A stretch of 25,892 nucleotides of DNA from a virus (taxonomy: Duplodnaviria > Heunggongvirae > Uroviricota > Caudoviricetes): IMG/VR virus record IMGVR_UViG_2734482557_000001, one strand, 5' to 3'. Both the position numbers and the translations under genes were made by a program. Each line of letters opens with the position of its first letter. Positions within the stretch are counted from its first letter, which is position 1. Positions 1-11,705 of the stretch are shown here, piece after piece. The notes beneath the pieces are model-generated. The model had not been told where the DNA came from, ran no database searches, and worked only from the letters and a program-made list of their open reading frames with translations.

Positions 1-256
1 GTTATCGCTCGCCACGGGAATATCTGCGGCAGCGGGCTTGTAATGGGTTAAGTGATAACAGATGTCTGGAAATATAGGGGCAAATCCAATCGTCGCCGTA
101 TTCCCGTATTAACAGAGACCGTAGCCCGACGGGGAACTCCTTCTGCGCGAGTGTGCGGGAATAATCAAAAACGATGCACACCGGGGTTACCGGGTACACA
201 TATTTCATCATGCCAGCGAGTCCGGTTCTGGCACGGAAGAAACCGGACGTTATGAT

Positions 257-667
257 TTAGTGCGGAAATATTTGTGTAGTGTTCTGTATGTTCTCAGTAA
301 AGAGTAATGAATTATCAAAGGTATAGTAATACCTTTTGTTTTCGTGGATATTTGTAATCCATCTGAAAACCCCTGCTGTAGCAAGATTTTTCCTGTATTC
401 GTAAAATGATAACTCTCCTGATTTGAATCCTTTTAAGGTGGCTTCTATAAGGCATTTATTTTTTGAAAATCTTACATTTACAACCTTACCCTGTCCTTTT
501 ATTAAAACCGTATTATCGTTTTCAAGAACAAGATGAATATTCTCTGTGGCTAAATAGTAAATGTAATGTGAGACATTGTGACGTTTTAGTTCAGAATAAA
601 ACCAGTGATAGTTTAAATTATTTCGCACTTTATCGAATATTTGTTTAAAAATGGCAACCTGAGCCAT
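257..667 (-). CDS. DUF1398-family prophage protein (YdfO/YbcV-like), AT-rich cargo gene
   Basis: ORF track 257..682 minus; start placed at the second ATG ([11 protein letters not shown]...), which has a GAAGG Shine-Dalgarno 7 nt upstream, giving 136 aa. Protein resembles the E. coli cryptic-prophage YdfO/YbcV family from memory. Visibly AT-rich compared with the flanking lambda-like DNA. Family assignment is from recollection, not a search. Confidence 0.55.
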   Translation of the reverse strand: MAQVAIFKQIFDKVRNNLNYHWFYSELKRHNVSHYIYYLATENIHLVLENDNTVLIKGQGKVVNVRFSKNKCLIEATLKGFKSGELSFYEYRKNLATAGVFRWITNIHENKRYYYTFDNSLLFTENIQNTTQIFPH

Positions 668-724
668 TGTAGTACCTTCCATGTGATATGAGGGGGCGTA
701 GTCTGCACGATTATCTAAATTGCT

Positions 725-958
725 TCAATCTGGTCTAACCTGTTTTCTGAGCAATTCAGTAATGTCACTCTTTTCTTTGTTTGCTTCAGGCGAAACTCTT
801 TTTTCTGAGCACAGTCTCCGGCGGCAGGCTTCAATGACCCAGGCTGAGAAATTCCCGGACCCTTTTTGAACAAGAGCGATGTTAATTTGTTCAATCATTT
901 GGTTAGGAAAGCGGATGTTGCGGGTTGTTGTTCTGCGGGTTCTGTTCTTCGTTGACAT
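725..958 (-). CDS. DUF3950-family small protein (YnfO/YlcI-like), possible ribbon-helix-helix fold
   Basis: 77-aa ORF starting MSTKNRTRRTTTRNIRFPNQMIEQINIAL...NFSAWVIEACRRRL, matching my recollection of YnfO/YlcI found next to Nu1 homologues in E. coli cryptic prophages. Divergently oriented to Nu1, directly upstream of cos. Confidence 0.55.
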   Translation of the reverse strand: MSTKNRTRRTTTRNIRFPNQMIEQINIALVQKGSGNFSAWVIEACRRRLCSEKRVSPEANKEKSDITELLRKQVRPD

Positions 959-1150
959 GAGGTTGCCCTGTATTCAGTGTCGCTGATTTGTATTGTCTGA
1001 AGTTGTTTTTACGTTAAGTTGATGCAGATCAATTAATACGATACCTGCGTCATAATTGATTATTTGACGTGGTTTGATGGCGTAGATGCACGTTGTGACA
1101 TGTAGATGATAATTATTATCATTTTGCGGGTCCTTTCCGGCGATCCGACA

Positions 1151-1325
1151 GGTTACGGGGCGGAAGGCGCGCGGGTTTTCGCTATTTATGACAATTTTCC
1201 GGTTTAAGGCGTTTCCGTTCTTCTTCGCCGTAACCTAATGTTTTTATTTAAAACACCCCCTGAAAAGAAAGGAAACGACAGGTGCTGAAAACGGGCTTTT
1301 TGGCCTCTGTCGTTTCCTTTCTCTG
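1151..1325 (+). promoter_or_regulatory. cos: cos site: cosN (variant 12-nt core GGGCGGAAGGCG at 1158..1169) plus cosB (R3 about 1209..1226, AT-rich IHF-type spacer, inverted 16-bp R elements at 1266..1281 and 1307..1322)
   Basis: Flanking sequence GGTTACG / CGCGGGTTTTCGCTATTTATGA and the downstream Nu1-binding R elements match the lambda left end as I recall it. The perfect inverted repeat AGAAAGGAAACGACAG / CTGTCGTTTCCTTTCT is read directly. The 12-nt core differs from lambda GGGCGGCGACCT at 5 positions. Confidence 0.8.
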
Positions 1326-1346
1326 TTTTTGTCCGTGGAATGAACA

Positions 1347-1866
1347 ATGGAAGTCAACAAAAAGCAGCTGGCTGACATTTTCGGTGCGAGTATCCGTACC
1401 ATTCAGAACTGGCAGGAACAGGGAATGCCCGTTCTGCGAGGCGGTGGCAAGGGTAATGAGGTGCTTTATGACTCTGCCGCCGTTATAAGATGGTATGCCG
1501 AAAGGGATGCTGAAATTGAGAACGAAAAGCTGCGCCGGGAAGTTGAAGAACTGCGGCAGGCCAGCGAGACAGATCTCCAGCCAGGGACTATTGAGTACGA
1601 ACGCCATCGACTTACGCGTGCGCAGGCCGACGCACAGGAGCTGAAAAATGCCAGAGACTCCGCTGAAGTGGTGGAAACCGCATTCTGTACTTTCGTGCTG
1701 TCGCGGATCGCAGGTGAAATTGCCAGTATTCTCGACGGGATCCCCCTGTCGGTGCAGCGGCGTTTTCCGGAACTGGAAAACCGACATGTTGATTTCCTGA
1801 AACGGGATATCATCAAAGCCATGAACAAAGCAGCCGCGCTGGATGAACTGATACCGGGGTTGCTGA

Positions 1867-1892
<26 letters not shown>
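1347..1892 (+). CDS. nu1: terminase small subunit gpNu1
   Basis: 181 aa; MEVNKKQLADIFGASIRTIQNWQEQGMPVLRGGGKGNEVLYDSAAV... is essentially identical to lambda Nu1; sits just downstream of cosB. Confidence 0.97.
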
Positions 1893-5573
<3,681 letters not shown>

Positions 5574-5593
<20 letters not shown>

Positions 5594-6893
5594 TCTCCCG
5601 CATATTGCCAGCATGGCTTTTAATGAGCCGCTGATGCTTGAACCCGCCTATGCGCGGGTTTTCTTTTGTGCGCTTGCAGGCCAGCTTGGGATCAGCTGCC
5701 TGACGGATGCAGTATCCGGCGACAGCCTGACTGCCGGAGAGGCACCCGCGGCGCTGGCGTTATCCGGTGATGATGACGGACCACGACAGGCCCGCAGTTA
5801 TCAGGTAATGAACGGCATCGCCGTGCTGCCGGTGTCCGGCACGCTGGTCAGCCGGACGCGGGCGCTGCAGCCGTACTCGGGGATGACCGGTTACAACGGC
5901 ATTATCGCCCGTCTGCAACAGGCTGCCAGCGACCCGATGGTGGACGGCATTCTGCTCGATATGGACACACCGGGCGGAATGGTGGCGGGAGCATTTGACT
6001 GCGCTGACATCATCGCCCGTGTGCGTGACATAAAGCCGGTATGGGCGCTGGCCAATGACATGAACTGCAGCGCAGGTCAGCTGCTTGCCAGTGCCGCCTC
6101 CCGGCGTCTGGTCACGCAGACCGCCCGGACAGGCTCCATCGGCGTCATGATGGCTCACAGTAATTACGGCGCTGCACTGGAGAAACAGGGCGTGGAAATC
6201 ACGCTGATTTACAGCGGCAGCCATAAGGTGGATGGCAACCCCTACAGCCATCTACCGGATGATGTCCGGGAAACATTGCAGTCCCGGATGGATGCAACCC
6301 GCCGGATGTTTGCACAGAAGGTGTCGGCATATACCGGCCTGTCCGTGCAGGCTGTGCTGGATACCGAGGCTGCAGTGTACAGCGGTCAGGAGGCCATTGA
6401 TGCCGGACTGGCTGATGAACTTGTTAACAGTACCGATGCGATCACCGTCATGCGTGATGCACTGGATGCACGTAAATCCCGTCTCTCAGGAGGGCGAATG
6501 ACCAAAGAGACTCAATCAACAACTGTTTCAGCCACTGCTTCGCAGGCTGACGTTACTGGCGTGGTGCAAGCGACGGAGGGCGAGAACGCCAGCGCGGCGC
6601 AGCCGGACGTGAACGCGCAGATCACCGCAGCGGTTGCGGCAGAAAACAGTCGCATTATGGGGATCCTCAACTGTGAGGAGGCTCACGGACGCGAAGAACA
6701 GGCACGCGTGCTGGCCGAAACCCCCGGTATGACCGTGGAAACGGCCCGCCGTATTCTGGCCGCAGCACCACAGAGTGCACAGACGCGCAGTGACACTGCG
6801 CTGGATCGTCTGATGCAGGGGGCACCGGCACCGCTGGCTGCAGGTAACCCGGCATCTGATGCCGTTAACGATTTGCTGAACACACCAGTGTAA
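5574..6893 (+). CDS. C: head maturation protease / scaffold gpC
   Basis: GTG start at 5574 preceded by GAGGAGGAGAAG; product (M)TAELRNLPHIASMAFNEPLMLEPAYARVFF... matches lambda gpC. The ORF-track start at 5439 is an upstream in-frame extension inside B and is not used. Confidence 0.9.
6288..6893 (+). CDS. nu3: scaffolding protein gpNu3, nested in-frame in the 3' part of C
   Basis: In lambda Nu3 is translated in the C frame from an internal start and shares the C stop. An in-frame ATG (MDATRRMFAQKVSAY...) lies at the expected distance, 606 nt from the stop. Confidence 0.6.
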   Translation: MDATRRMFAQKVSAYTGLSVQAVLDTEAAVYSGQEAIDAGLADELVNSTDAITVMRDALDARKSRLSGGRMTKETQSTTVSATASQADVTGVVQATEGENASAAQPDVNAQITAAVAAENSRIMGILNCEEAHGREEQARVLAETPGMTVETARRILAAAPQSAQTRSDTALDRLMQGAPAPLAAGNPASDAVNDLLNTPV

Positions 6894-6902
6894 GGGATGT
6901 TT

Positions 6903-7235
6903 ATGACGAGCAAAGAAACCTTTACCCATTACCAGCCGCTGGGCAATAGTGACCCGGCTCATACCGCAACCGCGCCCGGCGGATTGAGTGCGAAAGCGCC
7001 TGCAATGACCCCGCTGATGCTGGACACCTCCACCCGTAAGCTGGTTGCGTGGGATGGCACCACCGACGGTGCTGCCGTTGGCATTCTTGCGGTTGCTGCT
7101 GACCAGACCAGCACCACACTGACGTTCTACAAGTCCGGCACGTTCCGTTATGAGGATGTGCTCTGGCCGGAGGCTGCCAGCGACGAGACGAAAAAACGGA
7201 CCGTGTTTGCCGGAACGGCAATCAGCATCGTTTAA
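6903..7235 (+). CDS. D: head decoration protein gpD
   Basis: 110 aa [41 protein letters not shown]...; AAGGGA Shine-Dalgarno; near-identical to lambda D. Confidence 0.96.
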   Translation: MTSKETFTHYQPLGNSDPAHTATAPGGLSAKAPAMTPLMLDTSTRKLVAWDGTTDGAAVGILAVAADQTSTTLTFYKSGTFRYEDVLWPEAASDETKKRTVFAGTAISIV

Positions 7236-7290
7236 CTTTACCCTTCATCACTAAAGGCCGCCTGTGTGGCTTTTTTTACGGGATTTTTTT

Positions 7291-8316
7291 ATGTCGATGT
7301 ACACAACCGCCCAGCTGCTGGCGGCAAATGAGCAGAAATTTAAGTTTGATCCGCTGTTTCTGCGTCTCTTTTTCCGTGAGAGCTATCCCTTCACTACGGA
7401 GAAAGTCTATCTCTCACAAATTCCGGGACTGGTAAACATGGCGCTGTACGTTTCGCCGATTGTTTCCGGTGAGGTTATCCGTTCCCGTGGCGGCTCCACC
7501 TCTGAATTTACGCCGGGATATGTCAAACCCAAGCATGAGGTGAATCCGCAGATGACCCTGCGTCGCCTGCCGGATGAAGATCCGCAGAATCTGGCGGACC
7601 CGGCTTACCGCCGCCGTCGCATCATCATGCAGAACATGCGTGACGAAGAGCTGGCCATTGCTCAGGTCGAAGAGATGCAGGCAGTTTCTGCCGTGCTCAA
7701 GGGCAAATACACCATGACCGGTGAAGCCTTCGATCCGGTTGAGGTGGATATGGGCCGCAGTGCGGCGAACAACATCACACAGTCCGGCGTCACGGAGTGG
7801 AGCAAGCGTGACAAGTCCACGTATGACCCGACCGACGATATCGAAGCCTACGCGCTGAACGCCAGCGGTGTGGTGAATATCATCGTGTTTGACCCGAAAG
7901 GCTGGGCGCTGTTCCGTTCCTTCAAAGCCGTCAAGGAGAAGCTGGATACCCGTCGCGGCTCTCATTCCGAGCTGGAGACAGCGGTAAAAGACCTGGGCAA
8001 AGCGGTGTCCTATAAGGGAATGTATGGCGATGTGGCCATCGTCGTGTATTCCGGACAGTACGTGGAAAACGGCGTCAAAAAGAACTTCCTGCCGGACAAC
8101 ACGATGGTGCTGGGGAACACTCAGGCTCGCGGTCTGCGCACCTATGGCTGCATTCAGGATGCGGACGCACAGCGCGAAGGCATTAACGCTTCTGCCCGTT
8201 ACCCGAAAAACTGGGTGACCACCGGCGATCCGGCGCGTGAGTTCACCATGATTCAGTCAGCACCGCTGATGCTGCTGGCTGATCCTGATGAGTTCGTGTC
8301 CGTTCAACTGGCGTAA
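7291..8316 (+). CDS. E: major capsid protein gpE
   Basis: 341 aa MSMYTTAQLLAANEQKFKFDPLFLRLFFRESYPFTTEKVYLSQIPGLVNMALYVSPIVSGEV...; near-identical to lambda E. Confidence 0.97.
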   Translation: MSMYTTAQLLAANEQKFKFDPLFLRLFFRESYPFTTEKVYLSQIPGLVNMALYVSPIVSGEVIRSRGGSTSEFTPGYVKPKHEVNPQMTLRRLPDEDPQNLADPAYRRRRIIMQNMRDEELAIAQVEEMQAVSAVLKGKYTMTGEAFDPVEVDMGRSAANNITQSGVTEWSKRDKSTYDPTDDIEAYALNASGVVNIIVFDPKGWALFRSFKAVKEKLDTRRGSHSELETAVKDLGKAVSYKGMYGDVAIVVYSGQYVENGVKKNFLPDNTMVLGNTQARGLRTYGCIQDADAQREGINASARYPKNWVTTGDPAREFTMIQSAPLMLLADPDEFVSVQLA

Positions 8317-8357
8317 TCATGGCCCTTCGGGGCCATTTTCTCTCTGTGGAGGAGTTC

Positions 8358-8756
8358 ATGACGAAAGATGAACTGATTGCCCGTCTTCAGGAGCTGGGTG
8401 AGCAATTGAACCGCGATGTCAGTTTGACGGGAACGAAAGAAGAACTGGCGCTTCGTGTGGCAGAGCTGGAAGAAGAGCTTGATGACACGGATGAAACTGC
8501 CGGTCAGGACACCCCTCTCAGCCGGGAAAATGTGCTGACCGGGCATGAAAATGAGGTGGTATCAGCGCAGCCGGATACCGTGATTCAGGATACGGCTGAA
8601 CTGGTCACGGTCGTGGCACTGGTGACGCTGCATACTGATGCACTTCACGCCACGCGGGATAAACCTGTGGCATTTGTGCTGCCGGGAACGGCGTTTCGTG
8701 TCTCTGCCGGTGTGGCAGCCGAAATGACAGAGCGCGGCCTGGCCAGAATGCAATAA
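8358..8756 (+). CDS. FI: DNA packaging protein gpFI
   Basis: 132 aa MTKDELIARLQELGEQLNRDVSLTGTKEELALRVAELEEELDDTDE...; GGAGGAG Shine-Dalgarno; lambda FI-like. Confidence 0.95.
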   Translation: MTKDELIARLQELGEQLNRDVSLTGTKEELALRVAELEEELDDTDETAGQDTPLSRENVLTGHENEVVSAQPDTVIQDTAELVTVVALVTLHTDALHATRDKPVAFVLPGTAFRVSAGVAAEMTERGLARMQ

Positions 8757-8767
8757 CGGGAGGCGCT

Positions 8768-9121
8768 GTGGCTGATTTCGATAACCTGTTCGATGCTGCC
8801 ATTGCCCGCGCCGATGAAACGATACGCGGGTACATGGGAACGTCAGCCACCATGACATCCGGTGAGCAGTCAGGTGCGGTGATACGTGGTGTTTTTGATG
8901 ACCCTGAAAATATCAGCTATGCCGGACAGGGCGTGCGCGTTGAAGGCTCCAGCCCGTCCCTGTTTGTCCGGACTGATGAGGTGCGGCAGCTGCGGCGTGG
9001 AGACACGCTGACCATCGGTGAGGAAAATTTCTGGGTAGATCGGGTTTCGCCGGATGATGGCGGAAGTTGTCATCTCTGGCTTGGACGGGGCGTACCGCCT
9101 GCCGTTAACCGTCGCCGCTGA
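8768..9121 (+). CDS. FII: head-tail connector / head completion protein gpFII
   Basis: GTG start; 117 aa (M)ADFDNLFDAAIARADETIRGYMGTSATMTSGEQSGAVIRGVFDDPENISYAGQG...; lambda FII-like. Confidence 0.95.
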   Translation: MADFDNLFDAAIARADETIRGYMGTSATMTSGEQSGAVIRGVFDDPENISYAGQGVRVEGSSPSLFVRTDEVRQLRRGDTLTIGEENFWVDRVSPDDGGSCHLWLGRGVPPAVNRRR

Positions 9122-9132
9122 AAGGGGGATGT

Positions 9133-9711
9133 ATGGCCATAAAAGGTCTTGAGCAGGCCGTTGAAAACCTCAGCCGTATCAGCAAAACGGCGGTGCCCGG
9201 TGCCGCCGCAATGGCCATTAACCGCGTTGCTTCATCCGCGATATCGCAGTCTGCGTCACAGGTTGCCCGTGAGACAAAGGTACGCCGGAAACTGGTAAAG
9301 GAAAGGGCCAGGCTGAAAAGGGCCACGGTCAAAAATCCGCAGGCCAGAATCAAAGTTAACCGGGGGGATTTGCCCGTAATCAAGCTGGGTAATGCGCGGG
9401 TTGTCCTGTCCCGCCGCAGGCGTCATAAAAAGGGGCAGCGTTCATCCCTGAAAGGTGGCGGCAGCGTGCTTGTGGTGGGTAACCGTCGTATTCCCGGCGC
9501 GTTTATTCAGCAACTGAAAAACGGCCGGTGGCATGTTATGCAGCGTGTGGCCGGGAAAAACCGTTACCCCATTGATGTGGTGAAAATCCCGATGGCGGTG
9601 CCGCTGACCACGGCGTTTAAACAGAATATTGAACGGATACGGCGTGAACGTCTTCCGAAAGAGCTGGGCTATGCGCTGCAGCATCAACTGAGAATGGTAA
9701 TAAAGCGATGA
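9133..9711 (+). CDS. Z: tail completion protein gpZ
   Basis: 192 aa MAIKGLEQAVENLSRISKTAVPGAAAMAINRVASSAISQSASQVARETKVRRKL...; lambda Z-like. Confidence 0.95.
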   Translation: MAIKGLEQAVENLSRISKTAVPGAAAMAINRVASSAISQSASQVARETKVRRKLVKERARLKRATVKNPQARIKVNRGDLPVIKLGNARVVLSRRRRHKKGQRSSLKGGGSVLVVGNRRIPGAFIQQLKNGRWHVMQRVAGKNRYPIDVVKIPMAVPLTTAFKQNIERIRRERLPKELGYALQHQLRMVIKR

Positions 9712-10103
9712 AACATACTGAACTCCGTGCAGCCGTACTGGATGCACTGGAGAAGCATGACACCGGGGCGACGCTTTTTGATGGTCGCCCCGCTGTTTTT
9801 GATGAGGAAGATTTTCCGGCAATTGCCGTTTATCTCACCGGCGCTGAATACACGGGCGAAGAGCTGGACAGCGATACCTGGCAGGCGGAGCTGCATATTG
9901 AAGTTTTCCTGCCTGCTCAGGTGCCGGATTCAGAGCTGGATTCGTGGATGGAGTCCCGGATTTATCCTGTGATGAGCGATATCCCGGCACTGTCAGATTT
10001 GATCACCAGTATGGTGGCCAGCGGCTATGACTACCGGCGCGACGATGATGCGGGCCTGTGGAGTTCAGCCGATCTGACTTATGTCATTATCTATGAAATG
10101 TGA
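9708..10103 (+). CDS. U: tail terminator protein gpU
   Basis: 131 aa [54 protein letters not shown]...; start overlaps the Z stop. Confidence 0.95.
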   Translation: MKHTELRAAVLDALEKHDTGATLFDGRPAVFDEEDFPAIAVYLTGAEYTGEELDSDTWQAELHIEVFLPAQVPDSELDSWMESRIYPVMSDIPALSDLITSMVASGYDYRRDDDAGLWSSADLTYVIIYEM

Positions 10104-10110
10104 GGACGCT

Positions 10111-10851
10111 ATGCCTGTACCAAATCCTACAATGCCGGTGAAAGGTGCCGGGACCACCCTGTGGGTTTATAAGGGGAGCGGTGACCCTTATGCGAACCCG
10201 CTTTCAGACGTTGACTGGTCGCGTCTGGCAAAAGTTAAAGACCTGACGCCCGGCGAACTGACCGCTGAGTCCTATGACGACAGCTATCTCGATGATGAAG
10301 ATGCAGACTGGACTGCGACCGGGCAGGGGCAGAAATCTGCCGGAGATACCAGCTTCACGCTGGCGTGGATGCCCGGAGAGCAGGGGCAGCAGGCGCTGCT
10401 GGCGTGGTTTAATGAAGGTGATACCCGTGCCTATAAAATCCGCTTCCCGAACGGCACGGTCGATGTGTTCCGTGGCTGGGTCAGCAGTATCGGTAAGGCG
10501 GTGACGGCGAAGGAGGTGATTACCCGCACGGTGAAGGTCACCAATGTGGGACGTCCGTCGATGGCAGAAGATCGCAGCACGGTGACGGCGACGACCGGCA
10601 TGACGGTGACACCCGCCAGTGCTTCCGTAGTGAAAGGGCAGAGCACCACGCTGACCGTGGCATTCCAGCCGGATGGCGCAACCGACAAGAGCTTCCGTGC
10701 GGTGTCTGCGGATAAAACAAAAGCCACCGTGTCGGTCAGTGGTATGACCATCACCGTGAAAGGTGTTGCTGCAGGCAAGGTCAACATTCCGGTCGTATCT
10801 GGTAATGGTGAGTTTGCTGCGGTTGCAGAAATCAACGTCACCGCCAGTTAA
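10111..10851 (+). CDS. V: major tail tube protein gpV
   Basis: 246 aa [57 protein letters not shown]...; lambda V-like including the C-terminal Ig-like region. Confidence 0.96.
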   Translation: MPVPNPTMPVKGAGTTLWVYKGSGDPYANPLSDVDWSRLAKVKDLTPGELTAESYDDSYLDDEDADWTATGQGQKSAGDTSFTLAWMPGEQGQQALLAWFNEGDTRAYKIRFPNGTVDVFRGWVSSIGKAVTAKEVITRTVKVTNVGRPSMAEDRSTVTATTGMTVTPASASVVKGQSTTLTVAFQPDGATDKSFRAVSADKTKATVSVSGMTITVKGVAAGKVNIPVVSGNGEFAAVAEINVTAS

Positions 10852-10866
10852 TCCGGAGAGTCAGCG

Positions 10867-11289
10867 ATGTTCCTGAAAACCGAATCATTTGAACATAACG
10901 GTGTGACCGTCACGCTTTCTGAACTGTCAGCCCTGCAGCGTATTGAGCATCTCGACCTGATGAAACGGCAGGCAGAACAGGCGGAGTCAGACAGCAACCG
11001 GAAGTTTACTGTGGAAGACGCCATCAGAACCGGCGCTTTTGTGGTTGCGATGTCCCTGTGGCATAACCATCCGAAGAAGACGCAGATGCCGTCCATGAAT
11101 GAAGCCGTTAAACAGATTGAGCAGGAAGTGCTTACCACCTGGCCCACAGAGGCAATTTCTCATGCTGAAAACGTGGTGTACCGGCTGTCCGGTATGTATG
11201 AGTTTGTGGTGAATGATGCTCCTGAACAGGCAGAGGACGCCGGGCCTGCAGAGCCTGTTTCTGCGGGAAAGTGTTCGACGGTGAGCTGA
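10867..11289 (+). CDS. G: tail assembly chaperone gpG
   Basis: 140 aa MFLKTESFEHNGVTVTLSELSALQRIEHLDLMKRQAEQAESDSNRKFTVEDAIRTG...; ends ...PVSAGKCSTVS. Confidence 0.95.
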   Translation: MFLKTESFEHNGVTVTLSELSALQRIEHLDLMKRQAEQAESDSNRKFTVEDAIRTGAFVVAMSLWHNHPKKTQMPSMNEAVKQIEQEVLTTWPTEAISHAENVVYRLSGMYEFVVNDAPEQAEDAGPAEPVSAGKCSTVS

Positions 11290-11705
11290 GTTTTGCCCTG
11301 AAACTGGCGCGTGAGATGGGGCGACCCGACTGGCGCGCCATGCTTGCCGGGATGTCATCCACGGAGTATGCCGACTGGCACCGCTTTTACAGTACCCATT
11401 ATTTTCATGATGTTCTGCTGGATATGCACTTTTCCGGGCTGACGTACACCGTGCTCAGCCTGTTTTTCAGCGATCCGGAGATGCATCCGCTGGATTTCAG
11501 TCTGCTGAACCGGCGCGAGGCTGACGAAGAGCCTGAAGATGATGTGCTGATGCAGAAAGCGGCAGGGCTTGCCGGAGGTGTCCGCTTTGGCCCGGACGGG
11601 AATGAAGTTATCCCCGCTTCCCCGGATGTGGCGGACATGACGGAGGATGACGTAATGCTGATGACAGTATCAGAAGGGATCGCAGGAGGAGTCCGGTATG
11701 GCTGA
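11265..11705 (+). CDS. T: T segment of the G-T tail assembly chaperone, expressed by -1 programmed ribosomal frameshift at the slippery heptamer GGGAAAG (11265..11271)
   Basis: G GGA AAG sits in the G frame at 11265..11271. The -1 frame is open from there to 11705 and encodes ...FDGELSFALKLAREMGRPDWRAMLAGMSSTEYADWHRFYSTHYFHD..., matching lambda gpT. The gpG-T frameshift is established lambda biology. Confidence 0.85.
   Translation, partial: GKVFDGELSFALKLAREMGRPDWRAMLAGMSSTEYADWHRFYSTHYFHDVLLDMHFSGLTYTVLSLFFSDPEMHPLDFSLLNRREADEEPEDDVLMQKAAGLAGGVRFGPDGNEVIPASPDVADMTEDDVMLMTVSEGIAGGVRYG

Noticed and set aside
2-255. Overlapping short ORFs at the left window edge (2..211 minus, 69 aa; 52..255 plus, 67 aa with GTG start), with a hairpin at about 221..245
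   Set aside because: Neither matches a protein I recognise (not Bor, Rz or Rz1 as far as I can tell). They overlap each other, the plus-strand one is Arg/Cys-rich, and the region is cut by the window edge. Not called; it may be the tail of a lysis-region gene that needs more upstream context.
1248-1787. 179-aa minus-strand ORF overlapping cosB and Nu1
   Set aside because: Antisense to the near-identical lambda Nu1 gene and to the cos site; no independent support. It is a frame left open by the GC-rich coding sequence.
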